Assembly (NCBI GenBank): GCA_951406725.2
Contig: OX597827.1
Coordinates: forward strand, 24,304,001 to 24,368,000
Direction of reading: 5' to 3'
Length of the DNA stretch: 64,000 nt
From: Octopus vulgaris
Lineage: Eukaryota
A model generated the notes under the pieces. That model worked only from the letters and a program-made list of their open reading frames with translations, was not told the origin of the DNA and made no database searches. Numbering within the stretch: the stretch's first letter is position 1; every line of letters starts with the position of its first letter. Shown here piece after piece: positions 30,201 through 43,722 of the stretch. Both the position numbers and the translations under genes were made by a program.

Positions 30201-30762
30201 GTTTATTTATCCGTGTGGGGCGGGAGTGGCCATTAGGTGTATATGTTGAGGCTCACATGCAATTCCAGGTACAGCGAATGAAGTGGGCACTTATATTTGT
30301 TATGGGTGTGTGTACTTTATTATAACAGACAATACCCAAATAAAATCTGTCAATTCAACATACCAAATAAAAAACAAAAAACAAAGGGATCATAAACATT
30401 CACACATACATACAAAACTCAATAAAAACACCACTAAATAACACCCATCAACATATAAATATATCCTCCAAAATACATATAACAAATGCATAATAAAAAT
30501 ACATAATAAAATAAAATAAAAATAAAAAAATAAAAAAATAAAAAAATATATAAATAAAGAAAATAAAAAAATCTAATATAAATTATTAAAGTTTTAACAT
30601 ACCATAAACTGTTAAATTAATATACATTAAAAAAGAACTAATTAAAACAAAGAAATATCAATAAAAACTAACTATAATTAAAGCCTAGACAACATAACCA
30701 AAAATATATTATCTAAACTAATTTAAACTAAACTAAAGTAACCTAAAAGTGAACTATTATTG

Positions 30763-33279
30763 CTATTTATCATGAAACTTATTATATAGGTAAAGTAACT
30801 TATGTCTGCATTTTATTTTGCGCTCTTCACCAGTATTAAGTAAATTATCATACTTATAAAATAAAATTTCTTTAAACTCATTAGAGCATAAATAACAACA
30901 ATTAGCTCCTATAGTATATGATTTAGTTTTACAAATTATTTCCCAAATTAAACTATAATTAATATTTAGTGATTTAAGACTCCAAATGTACTTACTAAGT
31001 CCGGTTGAGTTGATTAAGTTTTTATTTTTAAAAGAATTCATATGTTGTGCGATTCTTAGTTTTATTTTTGAGGAAGTAGAACCTATATAAACCGCTTTTG
31101 TGTAATTATTATTCTTAAAGTTATTATCATGTAATGTAACTATACATTTATACACTACATCGTTAATATCACAATTATTATTTAATATACAATTAGATTT
31201 ATCTCTACATGTACATTTAATATAAGTCTTATCATTATTAATATTATTATCAAATAATTTCTTTTTATAAAAATTATTCAGTTTATATTTATTAAATGAA
31301 GAAATAATGTTACCAACATTATTAGTGGTAGAGTAACCAACTCCAAAATTATTAAAAGAGAAAATGTTTCTATATTTACGATTATCTCTAATAAATAGTT
31401 CTATAACATCTAAAATCTCTTTAATAATATTCGTTTTTACTTGATCTCCATAAGGACCTATTAACCAAATTTTATTCTTATTAACCTTATTATTATTATC
31501 ATTATTATAAATATATTTATAATTCTTTATTTTATTAAAATTATTATCAGAATTATATCTATGTACAGCATTTAAGGAATTATTAATATTATTAAATTTA
31601 TCAATATAATTATTATAATAATTATTAAATTTATTTTTATTTTTATTATTCTTATTTATATTATTATTATTATATTTATTATTATTATTATTATTCTTAT
31701 TTATATTTTTATCATTTTTATTATTTTTTTTATAATATCTATTATTTTTACCACTAAACCTAACAAAATTATAATTATTATTAGAAGTATCTCGAAAATT
31801 AACAATTAAATCTTTATCACTAATATTATAAAATTTAATATTCCTATTATAACCTGCCCCTCTAAGGGCCTCATTATAATAATTAGCATGTTTATTAAAA
31901 ATCTCTATATCATAAGAGAGTAATGAAATACGTTTACTTATATTATTAATCAACGATTTTTTAATAGAAAATGGGTGATTACTATTAACATTTATATATC
32001 TAAGGTTCTCATTAAGTTTATGATATGGTTGTGTTTTACCTGTAATAAGATTAAAATTAACATCTAAATAATTAACATTATAATTCTCCTTATATATAGT
32101 AATACTTAAACCATATCTTTTAAAGAAACTATATAGTTTTTTCTTATATACTTCTAGATTCCTATTAGTACAATTCTTTGTAACTAGTAGAAGATCGTCT
32201 CTATATAAACCACCCTCTATCTTAAGATTTTCTAATTGGAGTTCAGATAAAAGAAAAATACCTACTAAATCAGTAGCCTGTGCAGAATCTGGTGCTCCCA
32301 TAGGTATATCAAAACAATCTCTAGTATCATTCCGAGCCCATAATTTATTTTTATATTTAATTAGCGATTTCCTAGCCATTTTAATTACATTAACTTCTTC
32401 CCGTGACATACCCACTTTATTCATTGCGAAAATAAGCGCTTTATTAAACACAATTTCATTAATAGAAGAATAATAATTATCTATATCTATTTGAATAAAT
32501 TTATAACGATTTTTATCTTTAATATTATTAAACCATTTCAATGTATTATTATTACTAAACCATAATTTTAAATAATTAAGTTTATTTAACTTATCAATAT
32601 ATTTATCTAAAATAAATTTACTTAATTTACCTAGGTCCGATTTACATGGGCAAATTAATCTAACTTTAGGGTCTGAATAAAAATTATCTTTATGGTCTTT
32701 AAGAGTAATTCTGGGGTGCAAAGGTACATAAGGTTCAGTTTTATTATCCAACTCATATTTTAACATTACTACTTTAGAGGCCTTATTAATATTATAAAGA
32801 ATATCATCTGGAACAATTTTATATTTTTTAATTATTTCTTTCCCTAATAGTTTATCATATAATTTAACATCTAATTTATATAAGTTCCTTGTTTTATCAG
32901 ATTGTACTATAATACCATCCATATTTCTCATATCTTTAATTTTAATTGCTAAATTCCTTAAATATTCATTATTTCTATTTGGGTATTTATGGAATTCAAT
33001 ATTTTTTACCACCTTCCATATACTATCTTCAAGTAATTGTAATTCTTTATTAAATGGAGGTTCCTTTCTAGATTTAAATTTAGAGGTAAAATTATCATTC
33101 CTACTATCAATATCATTAAATAAATAAAAATTATAGTAAAAAGCTTTCCATTTAATTCTAGAAATAAAATCTTTAACATTATTAACAAGTTTCAAGATAA
33201 ATTCCTTTCTAGAAGGAATAGGAATATCTTTCAAAGATGAATCCCAAAACAGCGGTTCTATCTTACCTGTAAAATCCAT
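30763..33279 (-). CDS. PLE4 reverse transcriptase-GIY-YIG endonuclease, intact, 838 aa
   Basis: SLKDIPIP, SDKTRNLY, ITLKDHK, DIDNYYSSI, PMGAPDSAQ, GGLYRDD, Asn-rich linker, CTC..C....C, VVYKC..VYIGST, CYLC..E..CRH. Confidence 0.93.
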   Translation of the reverse strand: MDFTGKIEPLFWDSSLKDIPIPSRKEFILKLVNNVKDFISRIKWKAFYYNFYLFNDIDSRNDNFTSKFKSRKEPPFNKELQLLEDSIWKVVKNIEFHKYPNRNNEYLRNLAIKIKDMRNMDGIIVQSDKTRNLYKLDVKLYDKLLGKEIIKKYKIVPDDILYNINKASKVVMLKYELDNKTEPYVPLHPRITLKDHKDNFYSDPKVRLICPCKSDLGKLSKFILDKYIDKLNKLNYLKLWFSNNNTLKWFNNIKDKNRYKFIQIDIDNYYSSINEIVFNKALIFAMNKVGMSREEVNVIKMARKSLIKYKNKLWARNDTRDCFDIPMGAPDSAQATDLVGIFLLSELQLENLKIEGGLYRDDLLLVTKNCTNRNLEVYKKKLYSFFKRYGLSITIYKENYNVNYLDVNFNLITGKTQPYHKLNENLRYINVNSNHPFSIKKSLINNISKRISLLSYDIEIFNKHANYYNEALRGAGYNRNIKFYNISDKDLIVNFRDTSNNNYNFVRFSGKNNRYYKKNNKNDKNINKNNNNNNKYNNNNINKNNKNKNKFNNYYNNYIDKFNNINNSLNAVHRYNSDNNFNKIKNYKYIYNNDNNNKVNKNKIWLIGPYGDQVKTNIIKEILDVIELFIRDNRKYRNIFSFNNFGVGYSTTNNVGNIISSFNKYKLNNFYKKKLFDNNINNDKTYIKCTCRDKSNCILNNNCDINDVVYKCIVTLHDNNFKNNNYTKAVYIGSTSSKIKLRIAQHMNSFKNKNLINSTGLSKYIWSLKSLNINYSLIWEIICKTKSYTIGANCCYLCSNEFKEILFYKYDNLLNTGEERKIKCRHKLLYLYNKFHDK

Positions 33280-33514
33280 AATTTACGAAATTGAGGTATT
33301 ACACTCAATATACAAAATTATCAATATTATATAAATAATAAATATTAGGGAATAAATCCAAATTTACAGGGAAAAAAAATCAGATTTAGGATTAAATCCA
33401 ATTTTATAGTAAAATATTATAAAATATTATTAGAGACAAAACCACTATTTTGCAAAACAAACAAGGAAAGACTTAATCAATACATAAAATTTTAATAAAT
33501 AGTCAAAAAAACCG

Positions 33515-33557
33515 CCACTACAATCGTTTCTTGTCTTGATCGACAATCTTCAGGTGG
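33515..33557 (-). ncRNA. Type I hammerhead ribozyme, PLE4 5' pseudo-LTR (~240 nt upstream of the ATG)
   Basis: Identical to 27175-27217. Confidence 0.88.
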
Positions 33558-34056
33558 ACTTCCAATCTAAAATATCAATATTTTAAAATATAAAAATAAT
33601 AATTTTAAAATAATTAAAGTATGAATGAAAAAATATAAATATATAATCCATATATAACCTATATATAATCCATTTATAATCAATATATAAACAATATATA
33701 AACTAAAATAAACCTATCAACAATTAAATATAAAATATAAAATATAAAATATAAAACAAAACAAAAAAATAATAATAATATAATAATAAACTATATATAC
33801 ACCCATACACATATACCTAATTATATATAACCATATCTAACTACATACACTAAATCACACACCTATATATATATCCCTATACATACACATAAAAACGTCT
33901 AGGCAACTATAAATAAATAAAATAGCTAAATACTTCAACACAATACTTATTCATACTCCCACACACACACACATACAACCCACATTCACGCTCTAGAAAA
34001 CGGACATCACTCAAAATTATGAACGGAGAAATGGAATAAATGGAATTAAAAATTAT

Positions 34057-35637
34057 TGTGTTTTTGTGTGTGAATGTTTAGGTTAGGGGGATTGCTATAT
34101 AGGTTTGTTATAGAGTTTAGGAAAGGGAGATTTTATCGTTATATGTTTTTAAGAGTTTTGGTTTATCATGGTTTTTTTAGGGAATTCATGGTAATTTGTC
34201 TATTTTCGATGTTGGTTGTTTTATTACATTGTTTCATTCATAATTTTTGAGTGGTGTTCGTTTTGCCACGTGAATATTATTTTTAATTCCATTTATTCCA
34301 TTTCTCCATTCATTGATTTAAGATGTTCGTTTCCAGAGCGGTTATACTTTTTATACATATGTTAAGTTCCTTGGTAAAGTAATTTTGTTTGGTGTATATG
34401 TTGAGGCTTATATGTACTTGTGGGTGTGTGTGAGTGGGGTGGGTGTTTGTATTTGTTATGGGTGTGTGGTTTACGTGTGTGTATTTGTGTGTGAATGTAT
34501 AGGTTAAAGGGATTGCTATATAAGTATGTTATAGTGTTTAGTAAAGGGAGGTTTTATCATTTCTGTTTTGTGAGTTTTAGCTTATCATGGTAGTTTTATA
34601 AAAGAATCCATTCATAATTTTTGTGTTTATTTGTCTGTGTGGGGTTGAGTGGGTTTTTGGAGTATATGTTGAGGTTTTATGTATGTATTGTATGTAGTGG
34701 TGTGGTATGTGTATATGTCGTGGGTGTGTGGTTTACGTGGGTATTTGTATATGTCGTGGGTGTGTGGTTTACGTGTGTGTATTTGTGTGTGAATGTTTAG
34801 GTTAGGGGGATTGCTATATAGGTATGTTATAGAGTTTAGTAAAGGGAGATTTTATCATTATATGTTTTTATGAGTTTTGGTTTATCATGGTAGGTTTGTT
34901 AAGGAATTCGTAGTAATTTGTGTCTATTTGCGATGTCTGTTGTTTTATTGCATTGTTTCATTCATAATTTTTAAGTAGTGTTCGTTTTACCAAGTGAATA
35001 TAATTTTTAATTCCATTTATTCCATTTCTCCGTTCATAATTTTGAGTGATGTCCGTTTTCTAGAGCGTGAATGTGGGTTGTATGTGTGTGTGTGTGGGAG
35101 TATGAATAAGTATTGTGTTGAAGTATTTAGCTATTTTATTTATTTATAGTTGCCTAGACGTTTTTATGTGTATGTATAGGGATATATATATAGGTGTGTG
35201 ATTTAGTGTATGTAGTTAGATATGGTTATATATAATTAGGTATATGTGTATGGGTGTATATATAGTTTATTATTATATTATTATTATTTTTTTGTTTTGT
35301 TTTATATTTTATATTTTATATTTTATATTTAATTGTTGATAGGTTTATTTTAGTTTATATATTGTTTATATATTGATTATAAATGGATTATATATAGGTT
35401 ATATATGGATTATATATTTATATTTTTTCATTCATACTTTAATTATTTTAAAATTATTATTTTTATATTTTAAAATATTGATATTTTAGATTGGAAGTCC
35501 ACCTGAAGATTGTCGATCAAGACAAGAAACGATTGTAGTGGCGGTTTTTTTGACTATTTATTAAAATTTTATGTATTGATTAAGTCTTTCCTTGTTTGTT
35601 TTGCAAAATAGTGGTTTTGTCTCTAATAATATTTTAT
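34057..35637 (+). mobile_element. Inverted copy of the PLE4 3' end (matches ~27080-28666)
   Basis: Reverse complement of the pseudo-LTR and adjacent repeats, joined directly to the 5' pseudo-LTR. Confidence 0.9.
35499..35541 (+). ncRNA. Type I hammerhead ribozyme in the inverted PLE4 segment
   Basis: ccacCTGAAGAttgtcgatcaagacaaGAAACgattGTAgtgg read directly on the + strand. Confidence 0.88.
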
Positions 35638-37895
<2,258 letters not shown>

Positions 37896-38935
37896 GATTG
37901 ATCGATTGATTGATTGATTCTAGTTTCAGCTTATGAGCTGTGGCCATGCTGGGGCACCGCCATTTGGTGTTGCTACTTGGTTTCACTTCATGGAGGCCCT
38001 CCAGCAACTGCTATTTGGTGCATGAGAGAGTTCGATGCAGCTGCCCTCATCTGCCCCTCCTGCCTTGAAGTTGGTTCATCTGGGACACCTGACAGGAAGA
38101 GATCCAGCTTCATCTTAAAGACATCTGTATCCACCCTATGCAGGTCTCTCAGGTTCTTCGGGAGGATATTGAAGAGTTGTGGGCCTCGGAAGCCCAGGCT
38201 ATCACAGAATCTTGTCCTACATCTTGATGGCAGGTTTGGAGTCCTAGGCACCACGCAGTGGCGCCCAGTTCTGGCATTTGCGTAACTCTCGATGCCAAAG
38301 TTCAGGACACTTCCCTCCAGGATCTTCCAGATGTATATTATGGCATATCTTTCCCGCCTACGCTCCAGGGAATATAATTTTAGTCTCTTGAGTCTTTCCC
38401 AGTAGCTTACATTCTGCATAGAGGCTATCTTCTTTGTGTAGCTTCGTTGGATCGCCTCAAGTTCTGTGATCAACTTGACACTGGATGGTGACCATAGCTG
38501 AGAGCAATAGTCAAAGTGGCTTAGGACAAGTGTCTTCCAGAGGACCATCATGGTTTCTTGTTCTCTTGTTCTAAAGGTTCTAAGAATCCATCCAGCCAGC
38601 CGTCTACATTTCATTGTCAGTTTAGCAACATGTACATGAAAGGTCGCGTCATCACTCATGTGAATACCCAGGTCACGCACTGATTGTGCCTCTGGGATTG
38701 CAATCCCTCCGGGTCCAGTGTATTCATTGGGTATTGCATTCAGTTTTGCATGCTGATAGTATAAAGCTTGAAACTTTCCAGCATTGAACTGCATGCTATT
38801 CTTTTCAGCCCACTTGTATATTTCGTCCAGCTCACATTGCAGGTGTTTAGTGTCCTCAGGGTTCTGTATTGCCTGTGAAACTTTTGTATCATCTGCATAA
38901 CTTGTGATCGTGGCTCTCTGCGTGGCTGAGGGCAT
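37896..38935 (-). mobile_element. LINE family A, copy 3, heavily 5'-truncated
   Basis: Protein from MPSATQRAT.. through YADD to the C-terminus is almost identical to copy 2; same tail. Confidence 0.95.
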
Positions 38936-38955
38936 GTATATATATATACATATAT

Positions 38956-40062
38956 AAAATATTATTAGAGACAAAACCACTATTTTGCAAAACAAACAAG
39001 GAAAGACTTAATCAATACATAAAATTTTAATAAATAGTCAAAAAAACCGCCACTACAATTGTTTCTTGTCTTGATCGACAATCTTCAGGTGGACTTCCAA
39101 TCTAAAATATCAATATTTTAAAATATAAAAATAATAATTTTAAAATAATTAAAGTATGAATGAAAAAATATAAATATATAATCCATATATAACCTATATA
39201 TAATCCATATATAATCAATATATAAACAATATATAAACTAAAATAAACCTATCAACAATTAAATATAAAATATAAAATATAAAATATAAAACAAAACAAA
39301 AAAATAATAATAATATAATAATAAACTATATATACACCCATACACATATACCTAATTATATATAACCATATCTAACTACATACACTAAATCACACACCTA
39401 TATATATATCCCTATACATACACATAAAAACGTCTAGGCAACTATAAATAAATAAAATAGCTAAATACTTCAACACAATACTTATTCATACTCCCACACA
39501 CACACACATACAACCCACATTCACGCTCTAGAAAACGGACATCACTCAAAATTATGAACGGAGAAATGGAATAAATGGAATTAAAAATTATATTCACTTG
39601 GTAAAACGAACACTACTTAAAAATTATGAATGAAACAATGCAATAAAACAACAGACATCGCAAATAGACACAAATTACTACGAATTCCTTAACAAACCTA
39701 CCATGATAAACCAAAACTCATAAAAACATATAATGATAAAATCTCCCTTTACTAAACTCTATAACATACCTATATAGCAATCCCCCTAACCTAAACATTC
39801 ACACACAAATACACACACGTAAACCACACACCCACGACATATACAAATACACACACGTAAACCACACACCCACGACATATACAAATACCCACACCACTTA
39901 CACATACCAATACATACATATAAACCTCAACATATACTCCAAAAACCCACTCAACCCCACACAGACAAATAAACACAAAAATTATGAATGGATTCTTTTA
40001 TAAAACTACCATGATAAGCTAAAACTCACAAAACATAAATGATAAAACCTCCCTTTACTAAA
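38956..40062 (-). mobile_element. 5'-truncated PLE4-family 3' end (pseudo-LTR plus repeats)
   Basis: Near-identical to ~27081-28186; flanked by (TA)n. Confidence 0.92.
39050..39092 (-). ncRNA. Type I hammerhead ribozyme (PLE4 family; loop III AATT variant)
   Basis: CCAC-CTGAAGA-TTGTC..GACAA-GAAAC-AATT-GTA-GTGG. Confidence 0.85.
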
Positions 40063-40130
40063 ACTATATATATATATATATACACACATATATATATATA
40101 TATACACATATATATACGTATATATATATA

Positions 40131-40370
40131 TATATTAGAAGAAATGATGTAATCAGATCGGATGGTTCATATTTACAGATATTTATTTATATATTACATT
40201 TTTTACATATATATATCAAAATATTTTGATTTGAAAACCCCACTAGAATGGGGGAATGCGCTAATGATCTGAATGATATGATATATATATGTAAAAAATG
40301 CAATATATAAATAAATATCTGTAAATATGAACCATCCGATCTTCTGATTACCTCATTTCTTCTAATATAT
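40131..40370. repeat. Fold-back inverted repeat (~88-bp arms) inside (TA)n
   Basis: TTAGAAGAAATGATGTAATCAGATCGGATGGTTCATATTTACAG... is mirrored at ~40280-40370. Confidence 0.8.
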
Positions 40371-40428
40371 AATACCCGTACATCATCTCCAAACCTTCTA
40401 ATATATATGTACATACATATATATATAT

Positions 40429-40469
<41 letters not shown>

Positions 40470-40472
40470 CAC

Positions 40473-40624
40473 GACAGGTGTCTTGGTTTCCATTAGCTAA
40501 ATCCACTCACAAGGCTTTGGTTGGCCTGGGGTTATAGTGGAAGATACTCTCCGAAAGTGTCACACAGTGGGACTGAGACTGGAACCATGTGGTTGAGACG
40601 CAAACTTCTTACCACATAACCACA
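40473..40624 (-). mobile_element. tRNA-derived SINE, 5' half (same family as 46690-47104)
   Basis: aaatccactcacaaggctttggt...ggaaccatgtggtt...cttaccaca motif. Confidence 0.75.
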
Positions 40625-41053
40625 GTTATTCTTTCATTTTTTTAACTAGCCATCACTCATCGTCTTTTAACATCCATCTCTCCAAGCTGACCTTTTGCAT
40701 GCAGAGGGGGGAGAGAGAGATGGAGGGGTATGGACGGGCCTATAAAGACAGTAAAAAGGGGAGGACAAATTTCAATGGTAAATGAAATTAAGCATGATTT
40801 GAAAATCGTTTAAAAAAAACAATTTCACTATCATTGTATTGATGGCGGTGGAGGAATTGGCATTTCTTAGTTTTGAGAAGCACTGTTCTACCAATTATCT
40901 ATTTCATCTCTTTTGATACATTTTCAATCCATTTGCTAACAGAGAACACCCTGTTACTTGTGGTACCTTTCCAACAAACGCAGCGATTGCAATGTTATTT
41001 AACCCTTTTTGTTACCATATTTCTGTTGAGATGCTTTGTGTTTCTGTCAATTA

Positions 41054-41153
41054 NNNNNNNNNNNNNNNNNNNNNNNNNNNNNNNNNNNNNNNNNNNNNNN
41101 NNNNNNNNNNNNNNNNNNNNNNNNNNNNNNNNNNNNNNNNNNNNNNNNNNNNN
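41054..41153. other. Assembly gap (100 N)
   Basis: Run of N. Confidence 1.
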
Positions 41154-41502
41154 GAACGGAATACATCTTTTATTTATTTGTGTCTCTAGGGCTTACAACT
41201 GCTTCTGATATGCATTATAGGTGTGTTCAAGGTTCTGTTTAGTCAATCAAAAGAAGCTAAATGACCTAAAGAAATATGAGTCCATGCTGGGAGTAGCAAA
41301 TGTAATGGAGATATGGGAGGGGAAAAGAAAAGAGAAAGGAAAAAACAATAGGAGATAAAAAGCAGAAGAGAGAGAGAACAGGAAATGAAGGGAGTGAGTG
41401 GGATAGAAGCTCGTCACTATTATGTCTATTAGGAAATAGGTCAAGCGATCTGCCTAGGCTGTTGTTAGCAAGGAGGCATAGCATCAACAAGCCTTGGTAA
41501 AA

Positions 41503-41840
41503 GTGCATGGCTCAGTGGTTAGAGTGTTGTGATCACAACCATGAGATAGTGGGTTCGATTCATAGAACAGGCTGTGTATTGTGTTCTTGAGCAAGACACT
41601 TTACTTCACGTTGCTCCAGTTCAGTCATCTGTAGAAATGAGTTGCGATGTCACTGGCGCCAAGCTCTATTGGCCCCTTTGTCTTTCCCTTGGATAACATT
41701 GGGGGCGTGGAGAGGGGAGGCTGGTATGCATGGGTGACTGCTGGTCATCCATGAACAGCCTTGTCTGGCCTTGTGCCTCGGAGGGGAACTTTCTAGGTGC
41801 AATCCCATGGTCATTCATGACCAAAGTGGGCCTTTACCCT
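41503..41840 (+). mobile_element. tRNA-derived SINE (second family)
   Basis: A box TGGCTCAGTGG, B box GGTTCGATTC, core-like TGTGTTCTTGAGCAAGACACTTTAC. Confidence 0.75.
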
Positions 41841-42176
41841 AAGGTATTGAACTTTGATACTTGCCGCCTTCTCCAGTGGTCAATTTACAGTTAAATCTTA
41901 TGGAGGCCTTTTCTAGTTGGATTACCGCTGCATTATAGTTATTCAAGCATGTTCTTTAGGACGGACTTGATTTCCCTAGTTATTCAAAGTTTGGGATGTT
42001 TAAAAGAAAAATAAAAGAAGACAGCTCAAATTACATATGAGTTAATATGAAAAATAAATGAGTGGAAATTAAACTGGTGAGTGTGTTAGATATTAAGGCA
42101 GTATGACCCTCCCCAGATGCAACAACATGGTAAAAATTAGAGAGATTAGAAGTTTAAAAAATTGAACCCCAAAATA

Positions 42177-42394
42177 TTAGGTTGGTGCATAATTATTGCG
42201 GCTTTTTTTCAATAAATTTTATTCAACAAAAAACTTAAACAAAATGCTAATTTAAACAAAACGCCAAACAGAAATTGAGGTAGATGGTGAATATGCTCCG
42301 GAAATATCATTTAAAGATGATTTTGTTACATGTTGTTATTTTTGTTGAATAAAATTTATTGATAAAAAGCCACAATAATTATGCACCAACCTAA
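42177..42394. mobile_element. mariner-derived MITE
   Basis: TIR TTAGGTTGGTGCATAATTATTG(C/T)GGC extending ~50 bp, TA on both sides; resembles Hsmar1/MADE1-type TIRs. Confidence 0.88.
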
Positions 42395-42871
42395 TAAAAG
42401 GATAATTATAATAAAATGCGAAAATAAATATAAAAGAATACCAAAGCAAAAACTAAAATAAAGAATAGTAAGATAAATAACAAGCAGTAAACAAATAGGA
42501 TACAAAGAGTTAAGTAAACAGGGTGAAATACTGTTGACTTTGGGACATATTCAAATAGGTTGGTTTACAATAAAGAACATGAACCCGAACGCTGCAGAGG
42601 AACAAAAGTAAATGCAGCTGTATACAAGTATGATTGACATGTGCAAATATACAACAATGCAGAAAATAGGAAACAAAATGAAAAACAACAAAAAAAAACA
42701 CAAAATTTAAAGTAGAGTGAGAAGTAAAAATTAAGCATTTAATCATTATTACCAAAGAAAGAATGTGTCAAGAAAAAAAGAAATAAAACAAGATGTCTTC
42801 TTTATTTGTTCTTTCTGACTATCTGACCACGTGCTGTCAATAATGACGGCTAAATGTAGTATTTTATATAT

Positions 42872-43240
42872 AAATGAGAGCGCTCAGAGAGTGCAAACCT
42901 CTGCCAAGGCAACACTAACGTCCTCTCAATTATTAAACAGAGACGGTTTTTAAAATGAGAATGTCTGAAATAAACTCGACTGCTCTCACAAACGAGAATA
43001 ATAAGAATGAACCTAACTGCTCAAAAATTAAATAAAAGAACAGGAAAAATAATCCAGAATCTTTGTCCAGTACCAGATTGATCCCAAAGTCTAATCAGTT
43101 TGTGCCAGTCATAAGTCCAAACATCCCTGAAAGTTTCATCTGAATCCATCCAGCGGTTCTTGAGATATCTTGTCCACAGACAAACAACCAAACAAACATG
43201 ACTGGACTCAATACCTCCGCCTTCATGAAGGCGGAGCTAA
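42872..43240. mobile_element. Probable non-autonomous Helentron/DINE-like element
   Basis: Subterminal ACCTC(T/C)GCC repeat at both ends, (AAAC)n tract, terminal hairpin CTCCGCCTTC-AT-GAAGGCGGAG. Confidence 0.45.
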
Positions 43241-43329
43241 CTAGAGAATAACAAAATAAAACCATCAGAATAAAATGACATAGAAGGTAATTAAGTACAA
43301 AAACAAATATTATAATATAATTGCAATCC

Positions 43330-43720
43330 TCCCATTGTCCACGGTGCCAAGGGCACCATCCGAGCGTGATTGTTGCCAGAGTGCCTAACTAGCTTCCGTG
43401 CCGGTGGCATATAAAAGGGCACTATTTGAGTGTGATTGTTACCAGCGTTGCGTTACTGGCACTTGTGCTGGTGGCGTGTGTAAAAAGATTCAAGTGAGGT
43501 CATTGCCAGTATCACCTGACTAGCCCCAAGCCGGTGGCACGTAAAATGCACCCACTACACTCTCCGAGTGGTTGGCATTAGGAAGGGCATCCAGCTGTAG
43601 AAACTCTGCCAGATCAAGATTGGAGCCTGGTGCAGCCATCTGGTTCACCAGCTCTCAGTCAAAATCGTCCAACCCATGCTAGCATGGAAAGCGGACGTTA
43701 AACGATGATGATGATGATGA
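43330..43720 (+). mobile_element. Short retroposon (SINE or LINE 3' end) with RTE-like terminus and (GAT)n tail
   Basis: TGCCGGTGGCAC repeats; GTCCAACCCATGCTAGCATGGAAAGCGGACGTTAAA(TGA)n; related pieces at ~50700-50786, 53446-53547, 56055-56190, 58500-58830, 62208-62360. Confidence 0.7.
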
Positions 43721-43722
43721 TA

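Larger units (their letters stand above)
26991..34056 (-). mobile_element. Full-length Penelope-like element PLE4 (YRDD, probably Hydra-type) with direct pseudo-LTRs 6340 bp apart
   Basis: 26991-~27716 is repeated at 33331-34056; intact ORF; ~3.7 kb 3' region with internal repeats; a hammerhead in each pseudo-LTR. Confidence 0.93.

Noticed and set aside
41503-41580. Possible tRNA genes (also 46690, 48030, 61840)
   Set aside because: A and B boxes are present but I see no complete cloverleaf, and each continues into a repeat body; these are SINE heads.
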